Of a stretch of DNA of 64,000 nt, positions 9,978 to 19,496 are shown in pieces. The stretch is from Bacteroidales bacterium Bact_19 (GTDB lineage Bacteria; Bacteroidota; Bacteroidia; Bacteroidales; ML635J-15): contig LUZK01000050.1 in assembly GCA_001603595.1 (NCBI GenBank), forward strand, positions 22,115-86,114, written 5' to 3'. Position 1 is the first letter of the stretch. Each line of letters starts with the position of its first letter. Made by a program: the position numbers and the translations under genes. The notes below the pieces were generated by a model. The model was given only the letters and a program-made list of their open reading frames with translations. It did not search any database and was not told the origin of the DNA.

Positions 9978-10910
9978 ATGAGAAATTTAAATATACACAT
10001 AACAGTTCTGATATTTTTTATTGCAGGAGAATTATTTTCACAACAATTACCTGCTTTCAGAAACAGAGAATTTAATACTTTTATTCTGAATCCGTCAGCA
10101 ATATCCAGTAATGTAATTCCCGATATATTTCTAAATCACAGAAGTCAATGGTTAGGGTATGAAGGAGCTCCAAGAATGTCAACTCTGGCAGGACGTTACA
10201 TTTTTCGTCCTGACATGGGGTTAGGTCTTTTTTTAATGAGCGATTCTCATGGAATTTCTCAAAAAACTGATATAAATCTTGGATATTCTTACATTATAAA
10301 AACGGATGATTTTAATATTTCGCTTGGACTAAGCTGGTCAGTATCCCAATATCGGCTCGCAGGAACCAGAATACGTATATACGACATTAACGATAATGTT
10401 ATTAATAATACAATTGACGATAAAAGCTGGAAACCTGATGCAAATGCAGGAATATTGTTTTCCGGAAAATATTTTTATTTTGGGTTATCAATTTTACAAA
10501 TGTTTCAGACAAAATACAAATTCTTTGGAACAGATGGAGAAATTCCCGGAATAATAAAAGATGAAAGACATTATTTCATAACCGGCTTGTATCAATTAGA
10601 ACTCAATGACGAACAAAATCTTTTACAACCATTTGCTAATTTATATTTTGCCAAAGGGACTCCTTTTAAATTTGATTTTGGAATTTCTTATTTGTATAAT
10701 AATAAATTTCAGGCAGCGTTGATGTTTAATAAAGGCGATGCAATTAGTTTTACATTTGGATATTTATACGAAAGATATACTATTTCATATTCTTTTGATA
10801 TTTTGATTTCCAGAATTAGGAATGCCGGCAGCGGTGCTCACGAAATTTGTCTGGGAGTGTATTTATTTGATAAAAAAATAAGCAAAACTGGTTCAGCTCC
10901 AATGTTTTAA
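9978..10910 (+). CDS. PorP/SprF-family T9SS outer-membrane protein (divergent paralogue 1)
   Basis: 310 aa starting 10 nt after the cargo stop. Signal peptide, then QQLPAFRNREFNTFILNPSA...HRSQWLGYEGAPRMSTLAG. Same length and strand pattern as the two downstream paralogues, but more divergent. Confidence 0.75.
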   Translation: MRNLNIHITVLIFFIAGELFSQQLPAFRNREFNTFILNPSAISSNVIPDIFLNHRSQWLGYEGAPRMSTLAGRYIFRPDMGLGLFLMSDSHGISQKTDINLGYSYIIKTDDFNISLGLSWSVSQYRLAGTRIRIYDINDNVINNTIDDKSWKPDANAGILFSGKYFYFGLSILQMFQTKYKFFGTDGEIPGIIKDERHYFITGLYQLELNDEQNLLQPFANLYFAKGTPFKFDFGISYLYNNKFQAALMFNKGDAISFTFGYLYERYTISYSFDILISRIRNAGSGAHEICLGVYLFDKKISKTGSAPMF

Positions 10911-10958
10911 AAATCTTTAATTTCCATAATATTTGTGCACAAACAAAAAAGAATATCT

Positions 10959-10966
10959 TATTTTTG
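10959..10966 (+). promoter_or_regulatory. Candidate Bacteroidota -7 promoter box (TAnnTTTG) for second PorP/SprF gene
   Basis: TATTTTTG at 10959-10966, 28-37 nt upstream of the two possible ATG starts (10994 and 11003). Confidence 0.3.
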
Positions 10967-10993
10967 CAACTTTTAAAGGTTATTTTCGTTTAA

Positions 10994-11920
10994 ATGTTGT
11001 GTATGAAGAAAATTTTTATTTTATATTTTGCTATTTTATTTTTTGTAGCTTTAAAGGCCCAGCAGTTACCTTTATATAGTCAATATCTTGAGAATAATTA
11101 TATCGTAAATCCGGGAGTTGCAGGTTCTGAAAAAATGTTTTCACCATTGAAATTGAGTGTTCATAAGCAATGGATTGGTATAGATCAATCTCCTTCTACG
11201 CAATATCTTTCACTGCATCATCGGCTAGCAAATAATGTGATGGGTGTGGGGGGTATGGTTTTTCACGATTCTTTCGGTCCTGTCAGAATGTTAGGAATAC
11301 AGTCAACTTATGCCTATCATCTTAAAATTAACAGAGATTTATACGTTTCCATGGGACTAAATGCTATGTTGATGCAATATGTCATAAAACTTTCTCAAGA
11401 TGATTTCTACGGATACGAACCTGTTCTTACACGCGAGCGTAATAGTGTAACTGTTCCTGATGCAAGTGTTGGTTTCTATGCATATAGTAAGAATTATTGG
11501 GCAGGATTATCTGTTTTACACCTTGTTCAGTCCAGATTGAAGATTACTGGAACATGGCTTGATAATACTAACAAAATGGTGAGGCATTATTTTCTTATGG
11601 GTGGGTATAAATTTAGTTTTCCGGCTTATTATAATTTGGATTTTGAACCCTCCGCATTATTAAAGTTTACTGAAACTACTCCACTGCAAGTTGATGTTAA
11701 TGTTAAAATGTATATTAATAAGAGGGTATATTTTGGTGCTTCTATTCGCGGGGGTGATTCGTATGTGTTAATGTTTGGCCTTAATTTCGAAGATTATTTC
11801 TTCGCAATTTCTCATGATTTTACATTCAGCGATTTAGCAGTTCATACAGTGGGATCTCAGGAACTTATTTTCGGTTGGAATTTAGGATTTAAAACAAGAA
11901 AAGGATATTCTTTTCAATAA
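10994..11920 (+). CDS. PorP/SprF-family T9SS outer-membrane protein (paralogue 2)
   Basis: 308 aa; the start may instead be the ATG at 11003 (MKKIF...). Hallmark N-terminus after the signal peptide: QQLPLYSQYLENNYIVNPGVAGS...HKQWIGIDQSPSTQYLS. Beta-barrel-like alternation throughout. Confidence 0.9.
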   Translation: MLCMKKIFILYFAILFFVALKAQQLPLYSQYLENNYIVNPGVAGSEKMFSPLKLSVHKQWIGIDQSPSTQYLSLHHRLANNVMGVGGMVFHDSFGPVRMLGIQSTYAYHLKINRDLYVSMGLNAMLMQYVIKLSQDDFYGYEPVLTRERNSVTVPDASVGFYAYSKNYWAGLSVLHLVQSRLKITGTWLDNTNKMVRHYFLMGGYKFSFPAYYNLDFEPSALLKFTETTPLQVDVNVKMYINKRVYFGASIRGGDSYVLMFGLNFEDYFFAISHDFTFSDLAVHTVGSQELIFGWNLGFKTRKGYSFQ

Positions 11921-11967
11921 AATTTTTATTTTTTTGAAAAAAATATTTGTTTATTAAAAAAATATCG

Positions 11968-11975
11968 TATATTTG
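11968..11975 (+). promoter_or_regulatory. Candidate Bacteroidota -7 promoter box (TAnnTTTG) for third PorP/SprF gene
   Basis: TATATTTG at 11968-11975, 40 nt upstream of the ATG at 12015. Confidence 0.3.
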
Positions 11976-12014
11976 TAAAAGGTCAAAAATTAAGCAATTT
12001 GTAATCGCCATATT

Positions 12015-12932
12015 ATGAGAAAAGTTTTAATTTCGCTTGTTGTTTTGGTAACTATCCTTACTATAAATTTGTATTCACAACAGTTACCATTGTATTCACA
12101 ATACATGCTCAATGACTTTTTTATAAATCCTGCAATTGCCGGTTCTAAGCAATATTCTCCGGTTTTGCTGAGTATTCACAAACAATGGGTTGGAATTAAT
12201 GACTCTCCTTCCACCCAGACATTAAGTGGACATACAATGTTATCAAACAATAATGTTGGGTTGGGAGCGATTATTTTTAATGACGACTTTGGACCGGAAA
12301 GCCATCTCGGATTAATGGCAATTTATTCTTATCATTTCCATATTGACAGATTAAATAAAATTTCTCTTGGTCTATCTGCAATAGCTTTTCAGTATAAAAT
12401 GGATCAACGATTTTTTCATTTAACAGTTTATGATGATCCTGCAATTACTTATATGGTGGAAAAAACTATCGTTCCCGATGCTACTTTCGGAGCTTATGCT
12501 TATGGTAAAAGATATTGGGGAGGAATTACAGCTTCTCACTTATTCCAATCAAAACTGAAAATTAACAGAAATGTTGACGAAAATAAAATGGTTCGTCACT
12601 ATTTTGCAATGGCAGGTTACAGATTTTTATTTCCAAACTCCCCACAATTCGAAATTGAACCATCTTTTTTAATGAAAACCACAGAAGTTACTCCACCTCA
12701 ATTCGATATAAACTTAAAAATATTTTATGACAAAGATTATTGGTTTGGAATGTCTATTCGTCCGGGAGATTCATTTGTTGCTTGTTTAGGATTTAAACAT
12801 AATCAATACTATTTCGGATACGCTTATGACTTCACTTTTAGCGATTTATCCGCATATACAATTGGATCTCAGGAAATAATCTTTGGAATGAATATTGGCG
12901 AAAATGTTAGAAGATCCAGATCATTTTTCTAA
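12015..12932 (+). CDS. PorP/SprF-family T9SS outer-membrane protein (paralogue 3)
   Basis: 305 aa. QQLPLYSQYMLNDFFINPAIAGS...HKQWVGINDSPSTQTLSGH. Collinear with paralogue 2 through to the C-terminal ...FSDLSAYTIGSQEIIFG. Confidence 0.9.
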   Translation: MRKVLISLVVLVTILTINLYSQQLPLYSQYMLNDFFINPAIAGSKQYSPVLLSIHKQWVGINDSPSTQTLSGHTMLSNNNVGLGAIIFNDDFGPESHLGLMAIYSYHFHIDRLNKISLGLSAIAFQYKMDQRFFHLTVYDDPAITYMVEKTIVPDATFGAYAYGKRYWGGITASHLFQSKLKINRNVDENKMVRHYFAMAGYRFLFPNSPQFEIEPSFLMKTTEVTPPQFDINLKIFYDKDYWFGMSIRPGDSFVACLGFKHNQYYFGYAYDFTFSDLSAYTIGSQEIIFGMNIGENVRRSRSFF

Positions 12933-12964
12933 ACAATCTATTAATTAGTTTTGGTTTTCGGTTT

Positions 12965-13558
12965 CTATAAATTTAGGATTTCATCAATATAGTTGAGGAT
13001 TTCTTCTTTCCCGGTTTTTTTAATAGCCGAACTCATAAACATCTTAGGTAATTCTTCCCAATTTTCCAGAAGTTCATCTGTGAAAGCTTTTACATTATCA
13101 TTAAGTTTTGATTGAGAAACTTTATCTGTTTTAGTAAATATAATACTAAATGGAATGCCATTAAATCCTAGATTATTTATAAATTCTATGTCAATTTTCT
13201 GAGGAGGAATGCGGGAATCTATTAATACAAATAAACAATGTAGATTATCTCTTTTTAATATGTAATCATTAATTAATTTTTGGAATTTTTCTCTTTGAGT
13301 TTTACTTACTTTTGCAAATCCGTAACCGGGCAAATCAACAAGATACCATGAATTATTTATTAAAAAATGAATTATTTGTTTAGTTTTTCCGGGATTTGAC
13401 GAAGTTTTTGCTAGCTTAGAATTATTCGTGAGAAAATTTATTAATGAAGACTTTCCTACATTTGAGCGTCCAATAAATGCTATTTCCTTATATTCTGTTC
13501 GAGGTGATTTTTTAAATTCATCGGTTGCAAACTTAAATTCAGCACTTTTTATAATCAT
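12965..13558 (-). CDS. engB: Ribosome-biogenesis GTPase YihA/EngB
   Basis: 197 aa with GTPase motifs in EngB order: G1 GRSNVGKSSLIN, G3 DLPGYG, G4 TKTDK. Confidence 0.9.
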   Translation of the reverse strand: MIIKSAEFKFATDEFKKSPRTEYKEIAFIGRSNVGKSSLINFLTNNSKLAKTSSNPGKTKQIIHFLINNSWYLVDLPGYGFAKVSKTQREKFQKLINDYILKRDNLHCLFVLIDSRIPPQKIDIEFINNLGFNGIPFSIIFTKTDKVSQSKLNDNVKAFTDELLENWEELPKMFMSSAIKKTGKEEILNYIDEILNL

Positions 13559-13560
13559 AT

Positions 13561-14904
13561 CTATTTATTTAAAAGTGTTCCAATGTAACTGAATAATGCG
13601 TCCTCGTTATATGGTTTAGATTTAATTGTTAAATCTTTATCAATAACAAACATCATCGGAGTGGCATATATCGAATATTGTTTTACGATTTCATTGTCCC
13701 AAGATTTGTAATCGCAGATCACCGGCCAGTTCATTCCTGATTGTGAAATATAGTGGTTTAAACTTTCTCGGTCGCTATCGAGACTCACTGTTATAACATA
13801 AACATCAGCTTGATTAAAAAGATTTTCAGCAGTGAGTAATTTTGGAATTAGTTGTTTACAATGCTCACACCATGATGCCCAAAATATAAGTAGTATGTTA
13901 TCATTTTTTATTTCGGATAGTATTATTTCTTGACCGGTGATTGTTTTTGCTGTAAAATCCGGTGCTTTTTTACCAACACTTAGGTTAATGCTATTTTGAA
14001 TTCTAAGATTTAGATTGTCATCGATTTCTGAGCATCTGTTACCAAATTCTATGCTCAGTTGTGCAACTTGTTCAGAAAGACCAATGCTTTCAAGTCCTTC
14101 GAGAATATATTCAAAAATGAATGTAAATATTTTAGGATCTTTATCTGAAATATGATTCAAAATATTCTTTGAGGCTTTTAACATATTTTCGGGTTTGTTC
14201 GACCTGTATATTTTGAAATAATTAAAAATTATTCGTGTGTATGCATCAGAATTAATCATTTCAGGATCATTGAAATTGAAAAAACTTAAATAATTCTTTT
14301 TTAAAAATTCTAGTTTTTCTGCTTCATTTATTTTCTTATTTGGAATAGGTTCATAAAAATATGTAAGATACCTGCCGGCAAAACTGTTTTTGTTTTTTTT
14401 AATGGCATTTTGAAGATTCTTGTTTTTATTTTCAATTTCTTTTTTAAGCTCTTTTTGGATTTGTTTTTGAAAATTACCTTCAGGATATATTTCTAAAAGT
14501 TGATTAAGAATTTTTATTTTATAATCCAGTATAAAATTCTCTACATAAAAATTATAAAGCTGAACATTTTCTTCTGAACTGAAGATACGCATATTATACA
14601 TCGGATTTTCCGGTTTTGTCGAGAAATCAATGTTTTGGTTTGTTACGATCAAATCGAAATACTCGTCATTGTCGAGATAAACGCGATAAAGCCCTTTATC
14701 ATATTCTTCCAATTTAAAACTGAATGCTGAGTTTTGATTTGTTTTTATGGAAGCTACAATTTTACTTTTATCTCCAAATTGAGTGCATAAAATTACTTCT
14801 CTGTTAATATACCCTTCAATTCTCCCGTTTATGTAAACTTGTGAAAATAAAGGTGTAACAAATAAAAATAGATAAATTATTATCTGTAAAGATTTGAATT
14901 TCAT
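13561..14904 (-). CDS. TlpA/ResA-like thiol:disulfide oxidoreductase with N-terminal extension
   Basis: The ORF track starts at 14991, but the ATG at 14904 gives a proper signal peptide (MKFKSLQIIIYLFLFVTPLFSQ). The C-terminal thioredoxin fold has the redox motif WASWCEHC. Confidence 0.75.
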   Translation of the reverse strand: MKFKSLQIIIYLFLFVTPLFSQVYINGRIEGYINREVILCTQFGDKSKIVASIKTNQNSAFSFKLEEYDKGLYRVYLDNDEYFDLIVTNQNIDFSTKPENPMYNMRIFSSEENVQLYNFYVENFILDYKIKILNQLLEIYPEGNFQKQIQKELKKEIENKNKNLQNAIKKNKNSFAGRYLTYFYEPIPNKKINEAEKLEFLKKNYLSFFNFNDPEMINSDAYTRIIFNYFKIYRSNKPENMLKASKNILNHISDKDPKIFTFIFEYILEGLESIGLSEQVAQLSIEFGNRCSEIDDNLNLRIQNSINLSVGKKAPDFTAKTITGQEIILSEIKNDNILLIFWASWCEHCKQLIPKLLTAENLFNQADVYVITVSLDSDRESLNHYISQSGMNWPVICDYKSWDNEIVKQYSIYATPMMFVIDKDLTIKSKPYNEDALFSYIGTLLNK

Positions 14905-14917
14905 GATCCAAAAAAAT

Positions 14918-14954
14918 AAAAACTGCACAAATTTAATAAATTTATGCAGTTTTT
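14918..14954 (-). terminator. Rho-independent terminator after the 806-aa gene
   Basis: 10-bp perfect stem, aaaaactgca (14918-14927) pairing with tgcagttttt (14945-14954). It lies between the stop at 14979 and the TlpA-like start at 14904, and is A/T-flanked on both sides. Confidence 0.6.
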
Positions 14955-14978
14955 TATTTATATATTTAAACTTTGAGT

Positions 14979-17399
14979 TTATTTTTTGCAAGTTTTGCAG
15001 TAAAGGTCTTTTGCTCTTGTATTAACAAAAGTTTGAACCGATAATTTATCTCCTTTAAATAATTCGCAGAAATATTTTGGATCTTCGTTTTTAATTTTTT
15101 CGAGAGCAATTAAGAAATTATTAGAATGTGTTTTGTATGGTAATTTTGAGCAAGCAGTAGCATAAGTTATATAAAATACAAGTGGTAGTTTTTCTTGACG
15201 CATAAATGGTTCTAATAAATAAATTGCAAATTGATAATCCCCTTGATTTAGGAATATACTTGCAAGTTTAAGAGCAGTTTCCCAATTAACTTTATCAATC
15301 TTTACAATTTCTTTAATTTTATCGAGGCTCCTTGTAACAATAGGATGATCAATACCCAAAGAGTCTTTATATATTGACATGATCTGGAATTGCAGTTCGA
15401 TATTTAATCTATCAACTTGTTCTACCCTTATTGGAGTGTTATATAATCTGTCAATTCGTCTTTGAAGATTGTCGTAAACTCCCTGTTTATCAAGATCACT
15501 AAGCATTACATTGCATAGAATATCATTAAAATCAACATATATGTTTTGATTATCTAATTTATATAAATCATTTATTTTTACTTGATATTCTTCATCGAGA
15601 GGATCCATGTAAATAAATTGAGTTAACCATATTTTATTCATGTTTAACCCGACAAAATCTTTTCCTTGTGGAATTCGCATCTCAGTAACAGCAGTTTCTG
15701 TATATCTGCCTTCGACAACACGCTTAAGAATATATTTCTGAATTGAAAGTGCTAAGTTTAGTTGATTAGCTGCAACAGCTTTATTGAATTGGTCAACAAC
15801 GTATTTTTGTTCTTTGCTGCCTTCGACATCGTAAGTAACCCACATCACAATATCTGCATATCTATGATTTGCGAGTAAAAATTCCATTTCTTTAGCTCTG
15901 GAGTTAACATATCTCACAGCTTCTTCGAGATTCATTGTACAAACAGCATCGTAAATTGTACCTCTTGCATCGTTTTGCAGATCTTTGAGGTTGTGTTGAG
16001 TTACAATTGAATCAACTATACTGGCATTTTGATTTTGTTCGAGTGCTTTAACAATACTTTGAGCACGTTTTTTTTGAAGTGCTGCGTTTTCAGCAATTGA
16101 TCCTTCAAGAGACGAATATGCAGTGATGAATATTTTATTGATAATAAAATCCGGTTCGTTTAGAGCAGCTAATACTGGCTTCATATCTTCCGGTTTGTAG
16201 TCGTATTTTCCTTGCTCAAAAGGAATTCTGAAACGCAATTCGGTTGAAGTTGCTGTAGGGGCATATTCCGGAACGCCGGCTGGTAATATTGTGTCAGGTA
16301 ATAAGCCAAGTTTAGGAACAAAATCATAAATCTTTTTATCCACCCAAGACTGCGGAATATTATGACAAACGGACTTATTTTTTATTATAACCAAATTTAA
16401 TTCAACATCTTCAGGACGTAAATTAACCGGTAAATTACCAAGAACTACTTCGAGTTTTGTAACTTTATTTCTTTTTCCTTCACCCTGAGCTATGTTATTT
16501 TTGTAAAGTTTTTTTGAATAAATTCTTTTTGTTAAAACACCTTGATTAACAGTTGTGTAATCAGCAATATTTTCGCCCCGGCAATTGTTAAATTGTTCTT
16601 TTTGAATGATATCAACAGCGAGTCCGTCTTTACTGTCTTTTATGAATTTGCGGAATTTTTTCAAATCATTATATTTAAAAACAATTTGCCCTTGATCGTT
16701 TATAGATAATCCGGATTGTAAGTCAACAATATTTGGCATTCTGCGTCCGGTTTTTTTACAAATGCTCTCATCGTAGGGTTTAAGACCTGATGTTTTTGTG
16801 GTAATTGGAACTGGCAATCCAGCTGTTGTAGGATTTGTAGAAGGTTTAAATGATGAATAATTTCCCATGTACATCGAAATAAAAATTTTCTTTTCGCTCT
16901 CATCAACTTTTCCGCTTACTCCAGCGAAAAAATATTTCTGGGATAATAAATCTTTCGAAAATTTTCCGGTTACCCACCTATCCATTACCTGTGAAGCAAG
17001 GGCATCGTAAGTTAAATATTCGTTTGATACCCTTATGGTCATTCGAGATACAAGTTCAGATCCTATTCCTGTGCCACCTGCGGAAATTAATCTGTCTCTA
17101 ACAGTTCTGTAAGCTCCTTTTCCTTCCAGAGATGCATCTTGCGATTCAGCCATCATAATTGCATGTTCTCTGGCAGGTTTCATGAAAAACTCATGGGCTT
17201 CAAAACCTTCGAGTCCCAATGAATCCATATACCTATTAATTCTATAAAGCATTACATCCTGAAAAAGTTTTTCATTGAAATTTTTTGGATCAATAGGATC
17301 TGTGCTGTAAGTACTGCCGTCGAAAAATACTTTTTGTGATTGTAAACTAAAACTAATTGCAGTAAATCCAATAAACAGAATAGTAAAAATTCGTCTCAT
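14979..17399 (-). CDS. Large secreted multidomain protein (weak CAP/SCP-like N-terminal region; C-terminal helical-repeat region)
   Basis: 806 aa with a signal peptide (MRRIFTILFIGFTAISFSLQSQ). Residues ~50-180 loosely follow a CAP-domain pattern (INRYMDSLGL...AREHAIMMAES...VMDRWV...YFFAGVSG). No confident family assignment for the rest. Confidence 0.4.
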   Translation of the reverse strand: MRRIFTILFIGFTAISFSLQSQKVFFDGSTYSTDPIDPKNFNEKLFQDVMLYRINRYMDSLGLEGFEAHEFFMKPAREHAIMMAESQDASLEGKGAYRTVRDRLISAGGTGIGSELVSRMTIRVSNEYLTYDALASQVMDRWVTGKFSKDLLSQKYFFAGVSGKVDESEKKIFISMYMGNYSSFKPSTNPTTAGLPVPITTKTSGLKPYDESICKKTGRRMPNIVDLQSGLSINDQGQIVFKYNDLKKFRKFIKDSKDGLAVDIIQKEQFNNCRGENIADYTTVNQGVLTKRIYSKKLYKNNIAQGEGKRNKVTKLEVVLGNLPVNLRPEDVELNLVIIKNKSVCHNIPQSWVDKKIYDFVPKLGLLPDTILPAGVPEYAPTATSTELRFRIPFEQGKYDYKPEDMKPVLAALNEPDFIINKIFITAYSSLEGSIAENAALQKKRAQSIVKALEQNQNASIVDSIVTQHNLKDLQNDARGTIYDAVCTMNLEEAVRYVNSRAKEMEFLLANHRYADIVMWVTYDVEGSKEQKYVVDQFNKAVAANQLNLALSIQKYILKRVVEGRYTETAVTEMRIPQGKDFVGLNMNKIWLTQFIYMDPLDEEYQVKINDLYKLDNQNIYVDFNDILCNVMLSDLDKQGVYDNLQRRIDRLYNTPIRVEQVDRLNIELQFQIMSIYKDSLGIDHPIVTRSLDKIKEIVKIDKVNWETALKLASIFLNQGDYQFAIYLLEPFMRQEKLPLVFYITYATACSKLPYKTHSNNFLIALEKIKNEDPKYFCELFKGDKLSVQTFVNTRAKDLYCKTCKK

Positions 17400-17499
17400 T
17401 TGGTTTGCTTTATTAGGTTAATATTATTTTTGCCAAAATAATATTAATTTTTAATTGTAACCAATAATTTTCAAAAATTGAATTAACTTTTTTTTAACT

Positions 17500-17874
17500 A
17501 TGACTTTAAATATTCGAATAGACAAGTTTTTATGGGCTGTAAGAATTTATAAAACTCGTAGTTTGTCGAGCGAAAAATGTCGAAAATCTCAAGTTTTGAT
17601 AAATGGAGTAGAAGTAAAACCATCGAGGATTGTGAAGGAAGGAGATATTATAGAAATTAAAGTTTCACCTATAGTTAGAAAGTATCAGGTTTTAAAACTA
17701 TTAGAAAATAGAGTAGGAGCAAAACTTGTTTCAGAATATATTATTGAGCTTACTCCCGAAACTGAATTAAAAAAATTATCTAAAAAAAAGATTAATTTTG
17801 TAAGTTTTAAACCGGGTAGCGGACGACCTACCAAAAGAGATCGAAGAATGATTATTAAATTTTTGAGGGATTAA
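17500..17874 (+). CDS. S4-domain RNA-binding protein (Hsp15/HslR-like)
   Basis: 124 aa. IRIDKFLWAVRIYKTRSLSSEKCRKSQVLINGVEVKPSRIVKEGDIIEI matches the S4 alpha-L motif arrangement. Basic C-terminal tail. Confidence 0.8.
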   Translation: MTLNIRIDKFLWAVRIYKTRSLSSEKCRKSQVLINGVEVKPSRIVKEGDIIEIKVSPIVRKYQVLKLLENRVGAKLVSEYIIELTPETELKKLSKKKINFVSFKPGSGRPTKRDRRMIIKFLRD

Positions 17875-17876
17875 CA

Positions 17877-18401
17877 ATGATTATTGCTGAACAAAAGAAA
17901 AAAGAGAATATTATTGAATACATTATTTACTTACGACAGATTCAGGATTTATTACGATCGTTGAATTTTGATTTTGTTAAAATAAAAAATGAACTTGTTG
18001 ATAAATATAATACCGACTCTAATACAAAAATTAGAATTGAGAATTGGTACAGAAATATTGCAAAAGAATTGACTGATAGAAATCTTGTTGCTGTCGGAGA
18101 TATTGATGAAATTAAAAATACGATTGCCTTACTGGAAAATTTGCATCAAAAACTGCTTAAAGATCCACAAGAATACAAACATAAAGAGTTGTACAAATGG
18201 GCTGAACCAAATATTACTAATTTCAGAGCTTTAAGTAGATCACAGAACAAAAGTGATGTTGAGATATGTGTTGATGCGGTTTACAGTCTTTTTCTTTTGA
18301 GATTAAAAAAAGAACTAATTTCGGAGGAAACGATGCAAGCTATGCAAACATTTATAAATCTTCTTACGTATTTAGCTCGCAAATATCACGGAATTGAATA
18401 G
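17877..18401 (+). CDS. DUF4924-family protein
   Basis: 174 aa. The N-terminus MIIAEQKKKENIIEYIIYLRQIQDLLRS resembles the conserved start of Bacteroidota DUF4924 proteins, as far as I recall. Starts 3 nt after the S4 gene. Confidence 0.55.
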   Translation: MIIAEQKKKENIIEYIIYLRQIQDLLRSLNFDFVKIKNELVDKYNTDSNTKIRIENWYRNIAKELTDRNLVAVGDIDEIKNTIALLENLHQKLLKDPQEYKHKELYKWAEPNITNFRALSRSQNKSDVEICVDAVYSLFLLRLKKELISEETMQAMQTFINLLTYLARKYHGIE

Positions 18402-18406
18402 CTAAA

Positions 18407-19444
18407 CTATCTGTATTTTGGATTGTATCCGGATTTGTTCAAAATTTTCATCATATCTTTTTCTTTCATCAGGTTTTTAATTTTGATTTTATTATTTTTG
18501 ACATAACTCTTAACAATTTGATAACCTAACCAATTCCCTATTCTGGGAGTACTTTCAGGGCCGAACTCTGATGTAAATGGTGCACTTTCAATAAATTTTT
18601 TAATGGTAAGGTTATCGGTATTGAAAATAAATTTTTGTTCTACCATTCGAGTCCACATTTCTCTTTCGTAGAGATAACAATAATCCATTTGCTTTTTTGT
18701 GTATTTATGTTTTATTTCTTCTTTAACATTTGGATAACAAGCATCTAAGAAGTATAGGGTTCGACCGTTATAAATCATATATTCAATTAAGTAGTTTGTT
18801 TCTGATTCATAAGGGAATTCATATTCCACCCAGGCTCTGACAACATCAATGGGAATTTGTTCAGGAGTCATTTCTATTCTTAAATAATCTGGAATTTGAA
18901 GCATATCGTAGATTTTACAATCTATTCCTAGATATTTATCTAATCCTATGCCAATAAAACCTTCATTAATGACAATAGATTGATTGAATCCGGCAACAAA
19001 AGTTACAACTCTCGGTAGTTTTTTTTCGGGGAAATAGTATTTTATATGTTTAAAACCGTCAATTATTGTTTTTTCTAAGTTATCAGTATTTTTGAAAACT
19101 CTGTTTACTTCTTTATAAGCCTCATATACAGCATAATCACTTAAAAAAGTGTTTAGATAAACTAAATATGAGGAATTTTCAACACTGCCTATTCGAATAA
19201 TTTCACGATTGTATAATTCAAAGAAATATCCATATTTATTTTGCAATTCAGTAATTACTTTATAAGGGTCTTCTTTTGAAACAAGCAATAAATCTCTATC
19301 AAATCTTTCTAATTTTGTTTCTATATGTATTTTTGAAACATTTACATTTAGCGGATTTCTATAAATAAAATACTTTAAAATTATAAGTGTTACAAAGATT
19401 GTTACAAATATTGCAACTAAAATATAAACAAATTTTCTTTTCAT
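18407..19444 (-). CDS. GldB-like protein (gliding-motility GldB family), membrane-anchored
   Basis: 345 aa with an N-terminal TM/signal anchor and no lipobox Cys. The assignment rests mainly on size, the conserved-looking core (GFIGIGLDKYLG, NWLGYQIVKSY) and the gldB-nadE neighbourhood remembered from Bacteroidota. Tentative. Confidence 0.4.
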   Translation of the reverse strand: MKRKFVYILVAIFVTIFVTLIILKYFIYRNPLNVNVSKIHIETKLERFDRDLLLVSKEDPYKVITELQNKYGYFFELYNREIIRIGSVENSSYLVYLNTFLSDYAVYEAYKEVNRVFKNTDNLEKTIIDGFKHIKYYFPEKKLPRVVTFVAGFNQSIVINEGFIGIGLDKYLGIDCKIYDMLQIPDYLRIEMTPEQIPIDVVRAWVEYEFPYESETNYLIEYMIYNGRTLYFLDACYPNVKEEIKHKYTKKQMDYCYLYEREMWTRMVEQKFIFNTDNLTIKKFIESAPFTSEFGPESTPRIGNWLGYQIVKSYVKNNKIKIKNLMKEKDMMKILNKSGYNPKYR

Positions 19445-19496
19445 TTTGTTATAATAATAAAACTAATTATATTTGTAAAAACTAAAACGTAAAATT

